Below, in pieces: positions 53,197 to 64,000 of a stretch of 64,000 bases of DNA (positions within the stretch are counted from its first letter, which is position 1; each line of letters starts with the position of its first letter). A program made the translations under genes and the position numbers. The DNA comes from Eledone cirrhosa (taxonomy: Eukaryota). Where the stretch lies: assembly GCA_964016885.1 (NCBI GenBank), contig OZ024759.1, positions 7,192,001 through 7,256,000 of the forward strand. The letters are read 5' to 3'. The notes beneath the pieces were generated by a model, which saw only the letters and a list, made by a program, of their open reading frames with translations, searched no databases and was not told the DNA's origin.

Positions 53197-53978
53197 CGGA
53201 CAGAGACCAGTGACCAGTGGTCAACAGAGACAATCCACAAGGTGGGTGACAGGTAGATGATATATAATGTCTCAGAGGACAGACCAGTGACCAGTGGTCA
53301 ACAGAGAGACAATCCACAAGGTGGGTGACAGGTAGATGATATATAATGTCTCAGTGGTCAGTGGTCAACAGAGAGACAATCCACAAGGTGGGTGACAGGT
53401 AGATGATATATAATGTCTCAGAGGACAGAGACCAGTGACCAGTGGTCAACAGAGAGACAATCCACAAGGTGGGTGACAGGTAGATGATATATAATGTCTC
53501 AGAGGACAGAGACCAGTGACCAGTGGTCAACAGAGAGACAATCCACAAGGTGGGTGACAGGCAGATGATATATAATGTCTCAGAGGACAGAGACCAGTGA
53601 CCAGTGGTCAACAGAGAGACAATCCACAAGGTGGGTGACAGGTAGATGATATATAATGTCTCAGTGGACAGAGACCAGCAACCAGTGGTCAACAGAGAGA
53701 CACTCCACAAGGTGGGTGACAGGTAGATGAAATATAATGTCTCAGAGGACAGAGACCAGCAGCCAGTGGTCAACAGAGAGACAATCCACAAGGTGGGTGA
53801 CAGGTAGATGATATATAATGTCTCAGAGGACAGAGACCAGCAACCAGTGGTCAACAGAGAGACACTCCACAAGGTGGGTGACAGGTAGATGAAATATAAT
53901 GTCTCAGAGGACAGAGACCAGCAGCCAGTGGTCAACAGAGAGACAATCCACAAGGTGGGTGACAGGTAGATGAAATAT
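53197..53978. repeat. 81-bp minisatellite, about 9-10 units
   Basis: Unit gaggacagagaccagtgaccagtggtcaacagagagacaatccacaaggtgggtgacaggtagatgatatataatgtctca. Confidence 0.95.
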
Positions 53979-54244
53979 AGAAAATATTGAAAGAGGTGGA
54001 GGACATGGAGAAGTGTGTTGACACACAGAGGTGACTGGAAGAAGGAAATAAAGACGATGTACAAGACAAGTTTTCACAGATGCATCTTCACCCTCATCAG
54101 CTCTCAAGCCAGCAAAATAGTTTCACATGAGTGTTTTTCGGTGCCTTACCAAAATCAATAGTTGATAAGCTCAGGTGGTTTTGGCCAGTTACCTCTTTCT
54201 CAGGTAACTGAAACTGCCTGAGCTCGCAGTCAAACTTCTACCTC

Positions 54245-54590
54245 AATAATATACTATAATAATTGTTTATACATTTGGCACAAGGCCAGCAAAAACCCCA
54301 GTGCATTACTGGTACTTTATTTTATCGACCCCATAAGGATGAAAGGCAAAGTCAACCTCACGGTATTTGAACATAGACCGTAAAGGGACGTAACTCTATG
54401 CTGGAAAGCATGGCGTCCGACCCTCTACCGATACTGCCAATTCACCGCCCTTTATAATATACTATAATAATTGTTTCTACTTTAGGCACAAGGCCAGCAA
54501 TAACCCAGTGTATTACTGGTACTTTATTTTATCGACCCCGTAAGGGTGAAAGGCAAAGTTAACCTTGGCGGGATTTGAACTCGGGTCGTA
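54245..54590 (-). mobile_element. Two tandem OK/OR-like SINE copies
   Basis: Reverse complement of the 56115-56310 family, repeated. Confidence 0.75.
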
Positions 54591-54704
54591 AAAATAATGA
54601 AATTCAATCGGTAGGAACGTGACCAGTCGTAACTGTGGGAACTCAATGTCTAAAAGAAAATGGGTGCTGTGTGTACACATATACATATATATACTATAAT
54701 AATG

Positions 54705-55595
54705 AAATATTGTGTACAGTGTATTGAGTACAACTCTGATTTGTGATCTTCTCTGTCCCCATACACCCGACCAACAATATCAGAGATGTGCAACCAAACG
54801 AATACCCTCCATCAGGCATCTACCATACTCTGAACCCCTTGGATCCCTGTGCGTGGATACATTAAAGCTCCGTCATCTGGCAACTGACTTGGTAGACACA
54901 CAAGATTGTTAACCATCTTGCCAACAACAACCCTGAGTACCTTTTTGATTTCCATGTGTCTAACACACGTGAACATGCCCACAAAGTCAGAAAACAGCAC
55001 AGCTCCCATGGCTTTCAGAAACATCTTCCACGTTCAGAGTTGCTGAAGCATGGAACAAACTACCTGCATCAGTTGTTAGATGTTGGGACACTGCATCCTT
55101 TAAAACTTCCATGGAACAAACTACCTGCATCAGTTGTTTGATGTCGAGACACTGCATCCTTTAAAACTTCCATGGAACAAACTACCTGCATCAGTTGTTA
55201 GATGTCGGGACACTACATTCTTCAAAACTTCCATGGAACAAACTACCTGCATCAGTTGTTAGATGTCGGGACACTGCATTCTTCAAAACTTCCATGGAAC
55301 AAACTACCTGCATCAGTTGTTAGATGTCGGGACACTGCATTCTTCAAAACTTCCATGGAACAAACTACCTGCATCAGTTGTTAGATGTCGGGACACTGCA
55401 TTCTTCAAAACTTCCATGCTTCCTGAGATTCACAAACACTACACCTGATATTCCCCCTCCATACACACACACACTTGTATCTGTGTATATATATCATGAC
55501 TCATACGCTGTTCACTTTCCTGACATTTGTACATTATTCTATGTACTATATATGCACCTTTGATGAGTTGTAGTGCACCTGAGCACTGTACACAA
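54705..55595 (+). mobile_element. CR1-like LINE 3' remnant with 61-bp unit amplified about 6 times (55049-55417)
   Basis: LPYSE..TLKLRHLATDLV..TREHAHKVRKQ..WNKLPASVV..FKTSML resembles CR1 ORF2 C-terminus. Confidence 0.75.
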
Positions 55596-56019
55596 TCATT
55601 TTCATTGATATTATCATTATTATATATACGGAGGGTGGTTTTCTGCTAGCATGTGTAGTGTGTATATTGATATTACATGCATGTAGATATGATATGTCAA
55701 ATAAAATGATAAATGACAATATACACAGAAATTGAAGAGAGACTGTGTTACACTGTCTTCTGTAATCAGTAAAGTAATCCATGATACATTTTTAAAAAGA
55801 CGATATTATATATAAACTGTATTACGGAGAAATGTAATGAAAACAAAAAAGGAGAAAATTAACAACAGAAATATAAACATTATATAACAATGTTAATATA
55901 TGAACGTTTATATAAGCGATGTTTGATATACCGTCCATTATATCATAACTGGAAATGTTGGCATTTGAAAATTTTAAAAGAAGTGAATCTTAAAATAAGC
56001 AATCATTATTAAGAATATT

Positions 56020-56312
56020 ATTATTACGGGGTCGATAAAATAAAGTACCAGTAATGCACTGGGTAATTGCTGGCCTTGTGCCTAAAGTAGAAACAATTAT
56101 TAAGAATATTATTAAGGGGCGGTGGATTGGCAGTATTGGTAGAGGGTCGGACGCCATGCTTTGACGTATAGAGTTACGGCCCTTGCCATTCTGAGTTCAA
56201 ATCCCGCCAAGGTTAACTTTGCCTTTCATCCTTACGGGGTCGATAAAATAAAGTACCAGTAATACACTGGGGTAATTGCTGGCCTTGTGCCTAACGTAGA
56301 AACAATTATTAA
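56020..56312 (+). mobile_element. OK/OR-like SINE (partial plus full copy)
   Basis: gggcggtggattggcagt..gagttcaaatcccgcc..gcctttcatccttacggggtcgataaaataaagtaccag. Confidence 0.75.
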
Positions 56313-56339
56313 GAATATTTATGTTTAATCAACAACTAC

Positions 56340-56905
56340 GAAATTTAGTAGATATGCAGTAGATGTACAGGGAAATTTGACAGTAGAAGTCGCAGTGATA
56401 GACACATTTTTCAAATGCAGGTAGGTTCTATAGAAGTGGTTGATAGCTTCCAGTAACTAGGTGATCAGATTAGCAAAGGAGGAGGGGGGGGGGGCTGCTC
56501 CAAGGCCATAGTATCTAGAATAAGGACGGATTGGAAGAAGTTTAGGGAGCTGCTTCCTCTGTTGACAAAGAAAGGTCAGTTATATGATGCCTGTGTGAGG
56601 TGCACGATGCTGCATGGTAGTGAGACATGAGCAGCAACTGTGGAGGATATGCGACGGCTGGAGAGAAATGAAGCTAGCATGCTCCGTTGGATGTGCAATG
56701 TCAATGTGCGTGAACGACCAAGCATAGACGAGTTGAGAAAGAAACTGGGTATAAGAGAGATAAGTTGTGTGCAGGAGAGAAGACTGAGATGGTATGGACA
56801 TCTCACCAAGGAGATAACGAAGGACCGTGACAAGTGGAGAGATGCTGTGCTGAATAGGACCCGTCCCACCCTTGCAAGCAGGGAAAAGCGGACGTAAAAT
56901 TATGA
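56340..56905 (+). mobile_element. RTE LINE 3' fragment (second subfamily)
   Basis: RRLERNEASMLRWMC..RRLRWYGH; inverted relative to 50270-50990. Confidence 0.9.
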
Positions 56906-57015
56906 TGAAATTACATAATATTCATTCATAATTTATTCAAAGTAATCCAACTTATTTTACTGACGAGATAAAAAAATATATTGAAGTCTGTCCCGCACTC
57001 CTCTCTTTATTATAT

Positions 57016-57465
57016 TACTAGCAGTGGTACCCGGCGTTGCACGGGATAAGGTATTGTGAAATATATAACCGCCTTAGCTAAGCTTAGTATTGCCACAACC
57101 ACGGCTGGCAAAGAAGTAAGGGTCTGGTGGTACGTAAGTAAGCAGCACTGTGGCTTAAAACGTGAGGAAGAAGTTGTGTGCACTTACCAACTGTTTGGGG
57201 AATGAGTGTGAGATTTGTCTTGAGCAAGGGTGGCAGAATAACCGGAGGCAGCAGACAGCCAGACATACAGATATTATAAGGGCGCCACGTTATATGTATG
57301 TATCTATCTAAAAAGAGAAAGACTAAGTATTATAGAGAGAGATCGCTAAATCACCTAATGCGGTCCCTAGGGCATTGAAAATTTGAAATTTTTTTTGCTC
57401 AGAACATTCCCTGAAACATAAGTATTACATGTGTAAAGTTTGAAAACAGTCGGTTGGGTGCTTCT
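57016..57465. mobile_element. Possible Helitron/Helentron-derived non-autonomous fragments
   Basis: ACTAGCAGTGGTACCCGGCGTTGCACGGG terminus, (CAGA)-like run and TATTATAAG resemble invertebrate Helitron/DINE-type repeats; recognition from memory only. Confidence 0.35.
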
Positions 57466-57469
57466 CTAG

Positions 57470-57910
57470 TTTTGCCGTTCACGTATATTACTATTACACA
57501 TCCAGCGGAGCATGCAAGCTTCGTTCCTCTCTAGTCTGCGTATATCCTCTGCACACAATGCCCAGGTCTCACTGCCATGTAACATTGCTGTTCGTATGCA
57601 GGCATCATACAGCCTGCCTTTCATTTTTAGAGAGAATCCTTTAGCGGCTAATAGTGGTATAAGCTCTCTGAACTTTTTCCATCCAGTTCTGACTCTAGCT
57701 ACTGTACTTTCAGAGCACTCTCCACCACTGCTGATTTTATCGCCCAGGTAACGGAAGGTGTCCACTATTTCTATAGAACCATCTGTGCAATGGAATGAGC
57801 TAGTATTTTGTGGGCACTTGCTGCTACTTATTGCACCAGAGCACCGGCCACATATAAAATCTATATTCTTAGTTAGCTTACCTGTGATCCCACTACATCT
57901 TTTATGCACC
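57470..57910 (-). mobile_element. RTE LINE fragment, part downstream of the LTR insertion
   Basis: (V)HKRCSGITGKL..FRYLG..RLERNEACMLRWMC; continues 60812-61460. Confidence 0.9.
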
Positions 57911-60811
57911 TTTAGCAGAGAAGTAATTTTAGAAGAGTTGTAATGTTGCCACGAGAAACCATCTTTGGTAGAAAGATATGATAGGAATATCGACAACGAC
58001 TTTAGCTTGTTTTTACATAATTTATTAACAAAGGTTAAGAAGTGAATTAAGCTGGCCTGCCAAGAGAAATGAAATAATTCAATTAAGATTACAAGAGAAC
58101 ATACGGTCGACTGGCTGAGGCGTTTGGCCAGGCCTGTACGAATGTTTTGTTGGTACATATTGTTTGTGCTTACGGAGCAAAAGAACAAGTGGTGTTTACC
58201 TTAGCATCTTCGCGGGCTATTTCTCCCTCAACGCGTAGGGATACATCCTCTTCTCCTGGTGCTGATTGGCTGAGCTGAGCCAAATCACGCACAGAGAATG
58301 TATGTGAGCCCGCGGAATGTAGGTCACTTCATCACCTCCGAGCAGATTTTTAGCCGAAAATCGTTAACGATGAAGTCAAGGACCCACAAGGTACAGTTTA
58401 CACCCCCCACGCACCCGCTTCTAGACGGAAGTCGATACAGATTATTGAATCAGCAAGAAGAAATGCTGAAAGAGCACATCAGTGAAAAAATAATTGAGCA
58501 GAAAGATGCATGCAAGAAAAAAAATGAGGCGCTACGGGCCGTGTTGAGCCACTGTCAAATGACTAGCTGTTTTGTAGTTTATACGTGACCACCAAAGGTC
58601 TAACAGAAAACAGATAAAGTCTGACATAGGCGAAGTTGCTGTTCTTGCATTAAATGTTAATGATAAGTGTTGTACCAGTAGCTGTGGACGAAGCTATTAT
58701 GGTCGTTTACCAGTGCTGGCAAGAAGATGATGGGTAGGTGAGAAAATGTTGGCCTCCCAGATCCCAGATGTATTGTCGAATGTGCTAGGGAGCCAGGAAA
58801 AAATGGCTGGTTGCTTTGAAAAGAAAAAAAAGCAAGTTGAATCTGTAGGTGGGTTGCAGTTCGATAATTCGGGCGAATCCACAGAAGTGGTGGAAAAGCT
58901 GACAAGTCCAGTTCTATTTGTTGTTTTCCCAGTGAGTTGGGTAAGATAACAAGATAGGGGTTGTTATGGACGATGAATGTGCAACGAGATGCGAAACTGT
59001 TTGAGTTCAGCTGCAATTAGCATTCTCGTGTTGCGGTGCAGGTGAATTAAGCTGCAAGTGTCGATAGCATGTTTTGGTACCTCCAGAAGGTGAAAAGGGA
59101 TCTCGCAGAATATTACGATGCTTGAAGATCACAAACCATAGATAACAACCTGTTGGTATGTGTATATATGCAGGCATGTAATACAGCAAAGAAAATGTGT
59201 ACGTGCGGTCACATACAATGATAGAGAGAAATGAATTTTTATATAATACAGTTTTTAAAAAAATAAATGTCCAAAATAAATGCCTGAAAAAAAAAGGAAG
59301 AAAGAAAAAATTGTTTCTTTTCTTTTAACAAAAAGTTTGCTTCTTTTTTCTTTGGGAACGCTCTTACTAGGGAACCAGTAGAGTTGCTGTTAAAGCAAAG
59401 TCAAATGAATCTTCTATAGAGTAGAAGTCGAGCGTTGAAAAACCTAGTGTCACCAACATGGCAGCCACGTCTGACGCCATATTGATGAGAAAACTAATGT
59501 CTTAATTTCTCGAGTCCTTGTGGTAACGAGACAGAAGGTATGGTGGTTGCGTCGGTAAAGTTACAAGCCGTTCCCTGGTGTTGGTTAATAGTTAGCCATG
59601 TGTTGCTGCTGATGGCTGGTACTTGGTGGTAGCCGTTTTGAAATTTCCTCGTAGCGTAAAGTTTTTGAAATACTGCTAATTTTTTTTCTAAAAATATTCT
59701 AAAGAAAATTTGAATAATAAAAAAAATTATTTTCCATGAAAATTATTCGGCAAGAATCCCAAGATGGCCGATCGAAAAATGTGTCCGTGATGAAGAAGCC
59801 GTCATGTGGCACGATGCAGCCAATCAGGTTGCTGGGATTGCAGAAGACAAGCTGTACACGGGGAAAACAAAATTTCTGAGTCTCCATTTGTAATTTCAAC
59901 AGAACGCCGAAAGCAAAATTCCACATCCAGAGAAATCCTTTTTTTTTTTTTTTTTTGTTTTTTGTTTTTATCAAACTATGCTTGCAAGGCAAGTTGTTCT
60001 TAGTTGGTGGTCACCGTACTCATTTTATCAAGTAATTGAAATATACCAAACCACCTCAACTGGATAGAAGACATCGCATAATTTTCAATCCAAAAGAGAA
60101 ATTTTTTGTTAGTCGCCGAAAAAACTCTTTCTTTTGTGTTGTATTTCTGTGTTCGTCTGTATGCGTGAGTTACTAGTGTTACCATGAAAGTTATGACAGA
60201 AACATTGTGCAGGCCGCGTGCTTCAACAAATGGAATATTATGAATTTTATGGACTTACGCTAAGTGAGTCTAGCTACCTGATTCGAACATTCCAAATGTT
60301 AAGCCACTCCACATAGCCATTAAAACGAATGGCGAATTCAAATAGGCTGCGTTTTCATACTTAATCGTCGAGGGTCACCAATTTAGCGGAGAAGTAATTT
60401 TAGAAGTCTTTGGTAGAAAGATATGATAGGAATATCGACAACGACTTTAGCTTGTTTTTACATAATTTATTAACAAAGGTTAAGAAGTGAATTAAGCTGG
60501 CATGCCAAGAGAAATGAAATAATTCAATTAAGATTACAAGAAAAAATACGGTCGACTGGCTGAGGCGTTTGGCCAGGCCTGTAGTAATGTTTTATCATTA
60601 CATATTGTTTGTGCTTACGGAGCAAAAGAACAAGTGGTGTTTACCTTAGCATGGTCAAGCTGCGAGTGTGTTAGTTTCCTCAAATTTTTGCGGGCTATTT
60701 CTCCCTCAGAACGTGTAGGGATACATTCTCTTCTCCCGGCGCTGATTGGCTGAGCTGAGCCAAATCACGCACAGAGAATGTATGTGAGCCCGCGGAATGT
60801 AGGTCACTACA
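57911..60811 (-). mobile_element. Non-autonomous LTR retrotransposon (Gypsy-like): 5' LTR 60382-60811, 3' LTR 57911-58331
   Basis: Direct repeats of about 420-430 bp; CACC duplicated at 57907-57910 and 60812-60815; minus-strand TGGTGACCCTCGACG next to the 5' LTR; no long internal ORF. Confidence 0.85.
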
Positions 60812-61460
60812 CACCCATACTTTGCATTTGGGACATAAAATGGAGTTTCTGCCTACTCCTTTCCTACACACTGAGCATGGCCATTTCCCAGATGGGACCA
60901 GTGCCCTATTTTCCTTCCTACATACTAGAACTTTAGTCTTAGACAGGTTAATTTTAAGGCCTTTTGATTCTAGGCTATGCTTCCATGTTTGGAATTTCTT
61001 CTCTAGTTCAGCCATTGATTCAGCTATGTGCGTTAGATCACCTGCGTATAGGAGTTCCCATGGGCAGCCAGTCTTGAACTCCTCTGTTATAGCCTGAAGG
61101 GCAATAATAAATAGTAGGGGGCTAAGAACGGAGCCCTGATGAACACCAACTTTTACGCTAAACTCTTCACTATATTCGTTGTTAATTCTAACCTTGCTGA
61201 CTGTTTCTTTATACATGACTTGTATAGCTGTATAGCTCTCACAAGCCATTCATCAACACCTAGTTTTCTAAGAGCCCACCAGATAATGGAACTGGGGACT
61301 CTGTCAAAGGCTTTCTCCAAGTCGACTAAAGCTAAGTATAGGGGTTTACTTTTAGCTAGGTACTTCTCCTGTAGTTGTCGTACAATGAAAATAGCGTCTG
61401 TGGTACTTTTACCTGACACAAACCCGAACTGCATTTCATCTAGATCAATTTCATCTAGAT
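60812..61460 (-). mobile_element. RTE LINE fragment, part upstream of the LTR insertion
   Basis: EMQFGFVSGKSTTDAIF..DLEKAFDRVP..GVHQGS..LLYAGDL..CPKCKVWV. Confidence 0.92.
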
Positions 61461-61569
61461 CAATATATATATATATAAACAATAAGTTAAAGTCTTCATT
61501 GATATGTAATCAACTGAGTTATATTCATAACAGATATGAAGCATTCGACAGATAAAACTTATCTGGAGT

Positions 61570-62490
61570 ATTATGATAATAATAGTAATAAACGAAAGAT
61601 ATAACTTTATATCATCACTATTTATTTCATTATATATATTTCGGGTATGCAAAAATTTATGTTCAACATAAATTAGAGCATGCCTAATGAGATTTATAAA
61701 ATGTTTGATGATATACTCGCAACAGATCAACGACAAGTGGGTGTATGATTTAAAATCTCAAAATTTCCTAAGATGTAATATTATTGGGAAAGATAAAAAT
61801 AAAAAGTAAAAAATAAAGACAGTTATTTTAAACGCTTCAGGTATTTTTTTAAAATAACGTAATTAGATTGGTCAGAAAAAAAACGTTAAATGTGTATAGC
61901 TTATTATCAAAATACATTTATATATATGTATATAGATCGATATATATATTATATTGTGACAAAATAAGAACATTTATTTTAGATATATAATGAAAAAAGC
62001 ATTTTAATATAAATAAACAAACAAAGGGGAGAACTTTGATTATTTATATAGGTAAGTTTAAAAAATGATATTATAATTATAGGGTTTATGAATAGTTCAG
62101 GGGAGAAGAATTTATTATTGGGGCTTAGAATATAAGTATATCAATAAATCCACATGTTTAATTATATGGGTAATATAGAAAACCAATATGCATTATATAT
62201 ACTTATTGTAGATATAGAAGAAATACTTTTTATTTTTATCTTTCCCAATAATATTACATCCTAGGATGTAATATTATTGGGAAATATTTGAGATTTTAAA
62301 TCATATACCCACTTGTCATTGATCTGTTGCGAAATTTTATACATCAAACATTTTATACATCTTCATGTATTTTATCTGAAGAAGGCATACTCTAATTTAT
62401 GTTGAACATAAATTTTTGCATCCCCAAAATATATATAATGAAATAAAGAGTGATGTTATAAAATTATATCTTTCGTTTATTACTATTATT
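61570..62490. repeat. Long degenerate inverted repeat (about 61570-61805 / 62225-62490), Penelope-like, with hammerhead scaffold at 62368-62445 (+)
   Basis: tattttat-CTGAAGA-..-AAAA-tatata-TA-atgaaata; GAAA box mutated here but intact in the opposite arm (tttcgg near 61640). Confidence 0.7.
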
Positions 62491-62507
62491 ATTATTATTA
62501 TTATAAA

Positions 62508-62700
62508 TAGGGCGGTGGATTGGCAGTATCAGTAGAGGGTCGGACGCCATGCTTTCCAGCATAGTTATGTCCCTTTACGATCTGAGTTCAAATCCCGCCG
62601 AGGTTGACTTTGCCTTTCATCCTTACGGGATCGATAAAATAAAGTACCAGTAATGCACTGGGTAATTGCTGGCTTTGTGCCTAAAGTAGAAACAATTATT
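62508..62700 (+). mobile_element. OK/OR-like SINE
   Basis: Same family as 56115-56310. Confidence 0.75.
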
Positions 62701-62849
62701 ATTATTATTATTAATATATATAGTAATAATAATAAATTTGAAGACATATATATGTGTGTGTGTGTGTGTACTTGGTAGGCTTTTACATGTAGCAGTTGTA
62801 CCTGGATTAAGCAACAAACGGCCACAGGAAACAAACACTACGAAACTCT

Positions 62850-63540
62850 GGGAGGGCTCTGTAGAAACAGTAGACAGCTTCTGCTACCTAGGTGACCGAA
62901 TTAGCAGCGGAAGTGGGTGTTTGGAAAGTACAATAACTAGGGTAAGAATGGGATGGAAGAAGTTCAGGGAGCTACTGCCACTGCTAGCTGCAAAAGGCTT
63001 TTCCCTCAAAATGAAAGGCAGACTGTATGATGTGTGTATCCGAACAGCAATGTTACATGGTAGTGAGACCTGGGCGCTGTCTGTAGAAGACTTGCGTAGA
63101 TTAGAAAGAAACGAAGCCTGCATGCTCTGATGGATGTGTAATAGTAATATACGCAAATGGCAAAGCATAGAATTGAGAGAGAGACTGAGCATAAGAGGAA
63201 TCAAATGCTGTGTGCAGGAGAGGAGGTTGAATTGGTATGGACATGTGATGCATATGAAGGATGACAGCTGCATAAAAATGTGCAACGCACTAAAAGTCGA
63301 TGGAAGCTTTGGAGTGGGAGACCCAAGAAGACCTGGGATGAGGTGATAAAATCTGACCTTGCCCAATTGCACCTCTCAAAAGAGATGACCCGTGACCTCT
63401 AGCATTACGCAGTAGTGCAGAAGACCCGACTTCCCACAGGTACAAGCTGAAGCCAAAGCATATAGACAGTATGCCCACATCCCCTCCCACTGCAAAGTGG
63501 TCGTGTAGGTGTCACCCAGCCCACACTGTAAAGGGGTCGT
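62850..63540 (+). mobile_element. RTE LINE 3' fragment
   Basis: SFCYLGDRIS..WKKFRELLPLL..RRLNWYGH with stops. Confidence 0.88.
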
Positions 63541-63690
63541 TTAAATAATGAAGAATTTGGAGGGATTTAGTAATATAAGTAACTTTCTCATTACTAAACT
63601 GGTTTTTGGAACATAAAGGTTCTTAGATGTTGATACCACAAGCAATAATAATAGTTTTCTTCTCATTCTTTTTTTCTCTTTTCTTTGTAG

Positions 63691-63796
63691 AATCCAGTTT
63701 AATTCTGAAGAACAATGGACAAAAGCCTTAAAGTACATGATGACGAACCTACGGTGGGGTTTAGCATGGGTATCATCACAGTTTCCCAACAACTGA
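63691..63796 (+). CDS. BECN1: Beclin-1 last coding exon I (to TGA); 3' UTR runs to window end
   Basis: Strong pyrimidine tract, tgtAG at 63689-63690. (K)[37 protein letters not shown] at 63794-63796. No canonical AATAAA seen before the window ends. Confidence 0.97.
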
Positions 63797-64000
63797 TCCC
63801 TAAACATTAATCCTTTACCAATGACCCTGTTTCTCGTGAAATATACACTGCCCTTGCTGTGAGTTTCAATTCATTTTGGAAAATAATTGAGAATTTGGGG
63901 AGATTTTAGTAAAATAACTAACTTTGGTTGTTATTTTAAATAATACCGGTGTTTAAAATTTGACTTAACCCTTCTTTTTGGTACAATATTTCTAATGAAA

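Overview
Eukaryotic, AT-rich, repeat-saturated genomic DNA; the repeat types (CORE and OK/OR-like SINEs, RTE LINEs, long TA microsatellites) suggest an octopus/coleoid cephalopod, which is inference only. The single host gene is the 3' two-thirds of Beclin-1 (BECN1/Atg6) on the + strand: nine GT-AG exons, 859 coding nt over 12480-63796, that splice in phase into an intact coiled-coil plus BARA/ECD protein ending ...[13 protein letters not shown]. The 5' exons are not visible. Almost every intron carries its own tandem repeat. Two large arrays are built from the gene's own 3' splice sites: about 245-250 copies of a ~51-bp unit holding the exon-C acceptor plus the first exon bases (12.5 kb), and about 54 copies of a ~62-bp unit holding branch point, pyrimidine tract and AG of exon E. 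In both, only the last copy is followed by the real exon. Also present: Penelope-type fold-back repeats with minimal type-I hammerhead ribozyme motifs; a 78-bp satellite with a one-site A/G higher-order pattern; a decayed CRE-clade retrotransposon; a non-autonomous LTR element (tRNA-Trp PBS, 4-bp TSD) nested in an RTE LINE; CR1-like remnants that seeded the same 61-bp minisatellite twice. All very long ORFs in the ORF track are satellite artefacts. Family assignments and comparisons to human BECN1 are from memory, not database searches.
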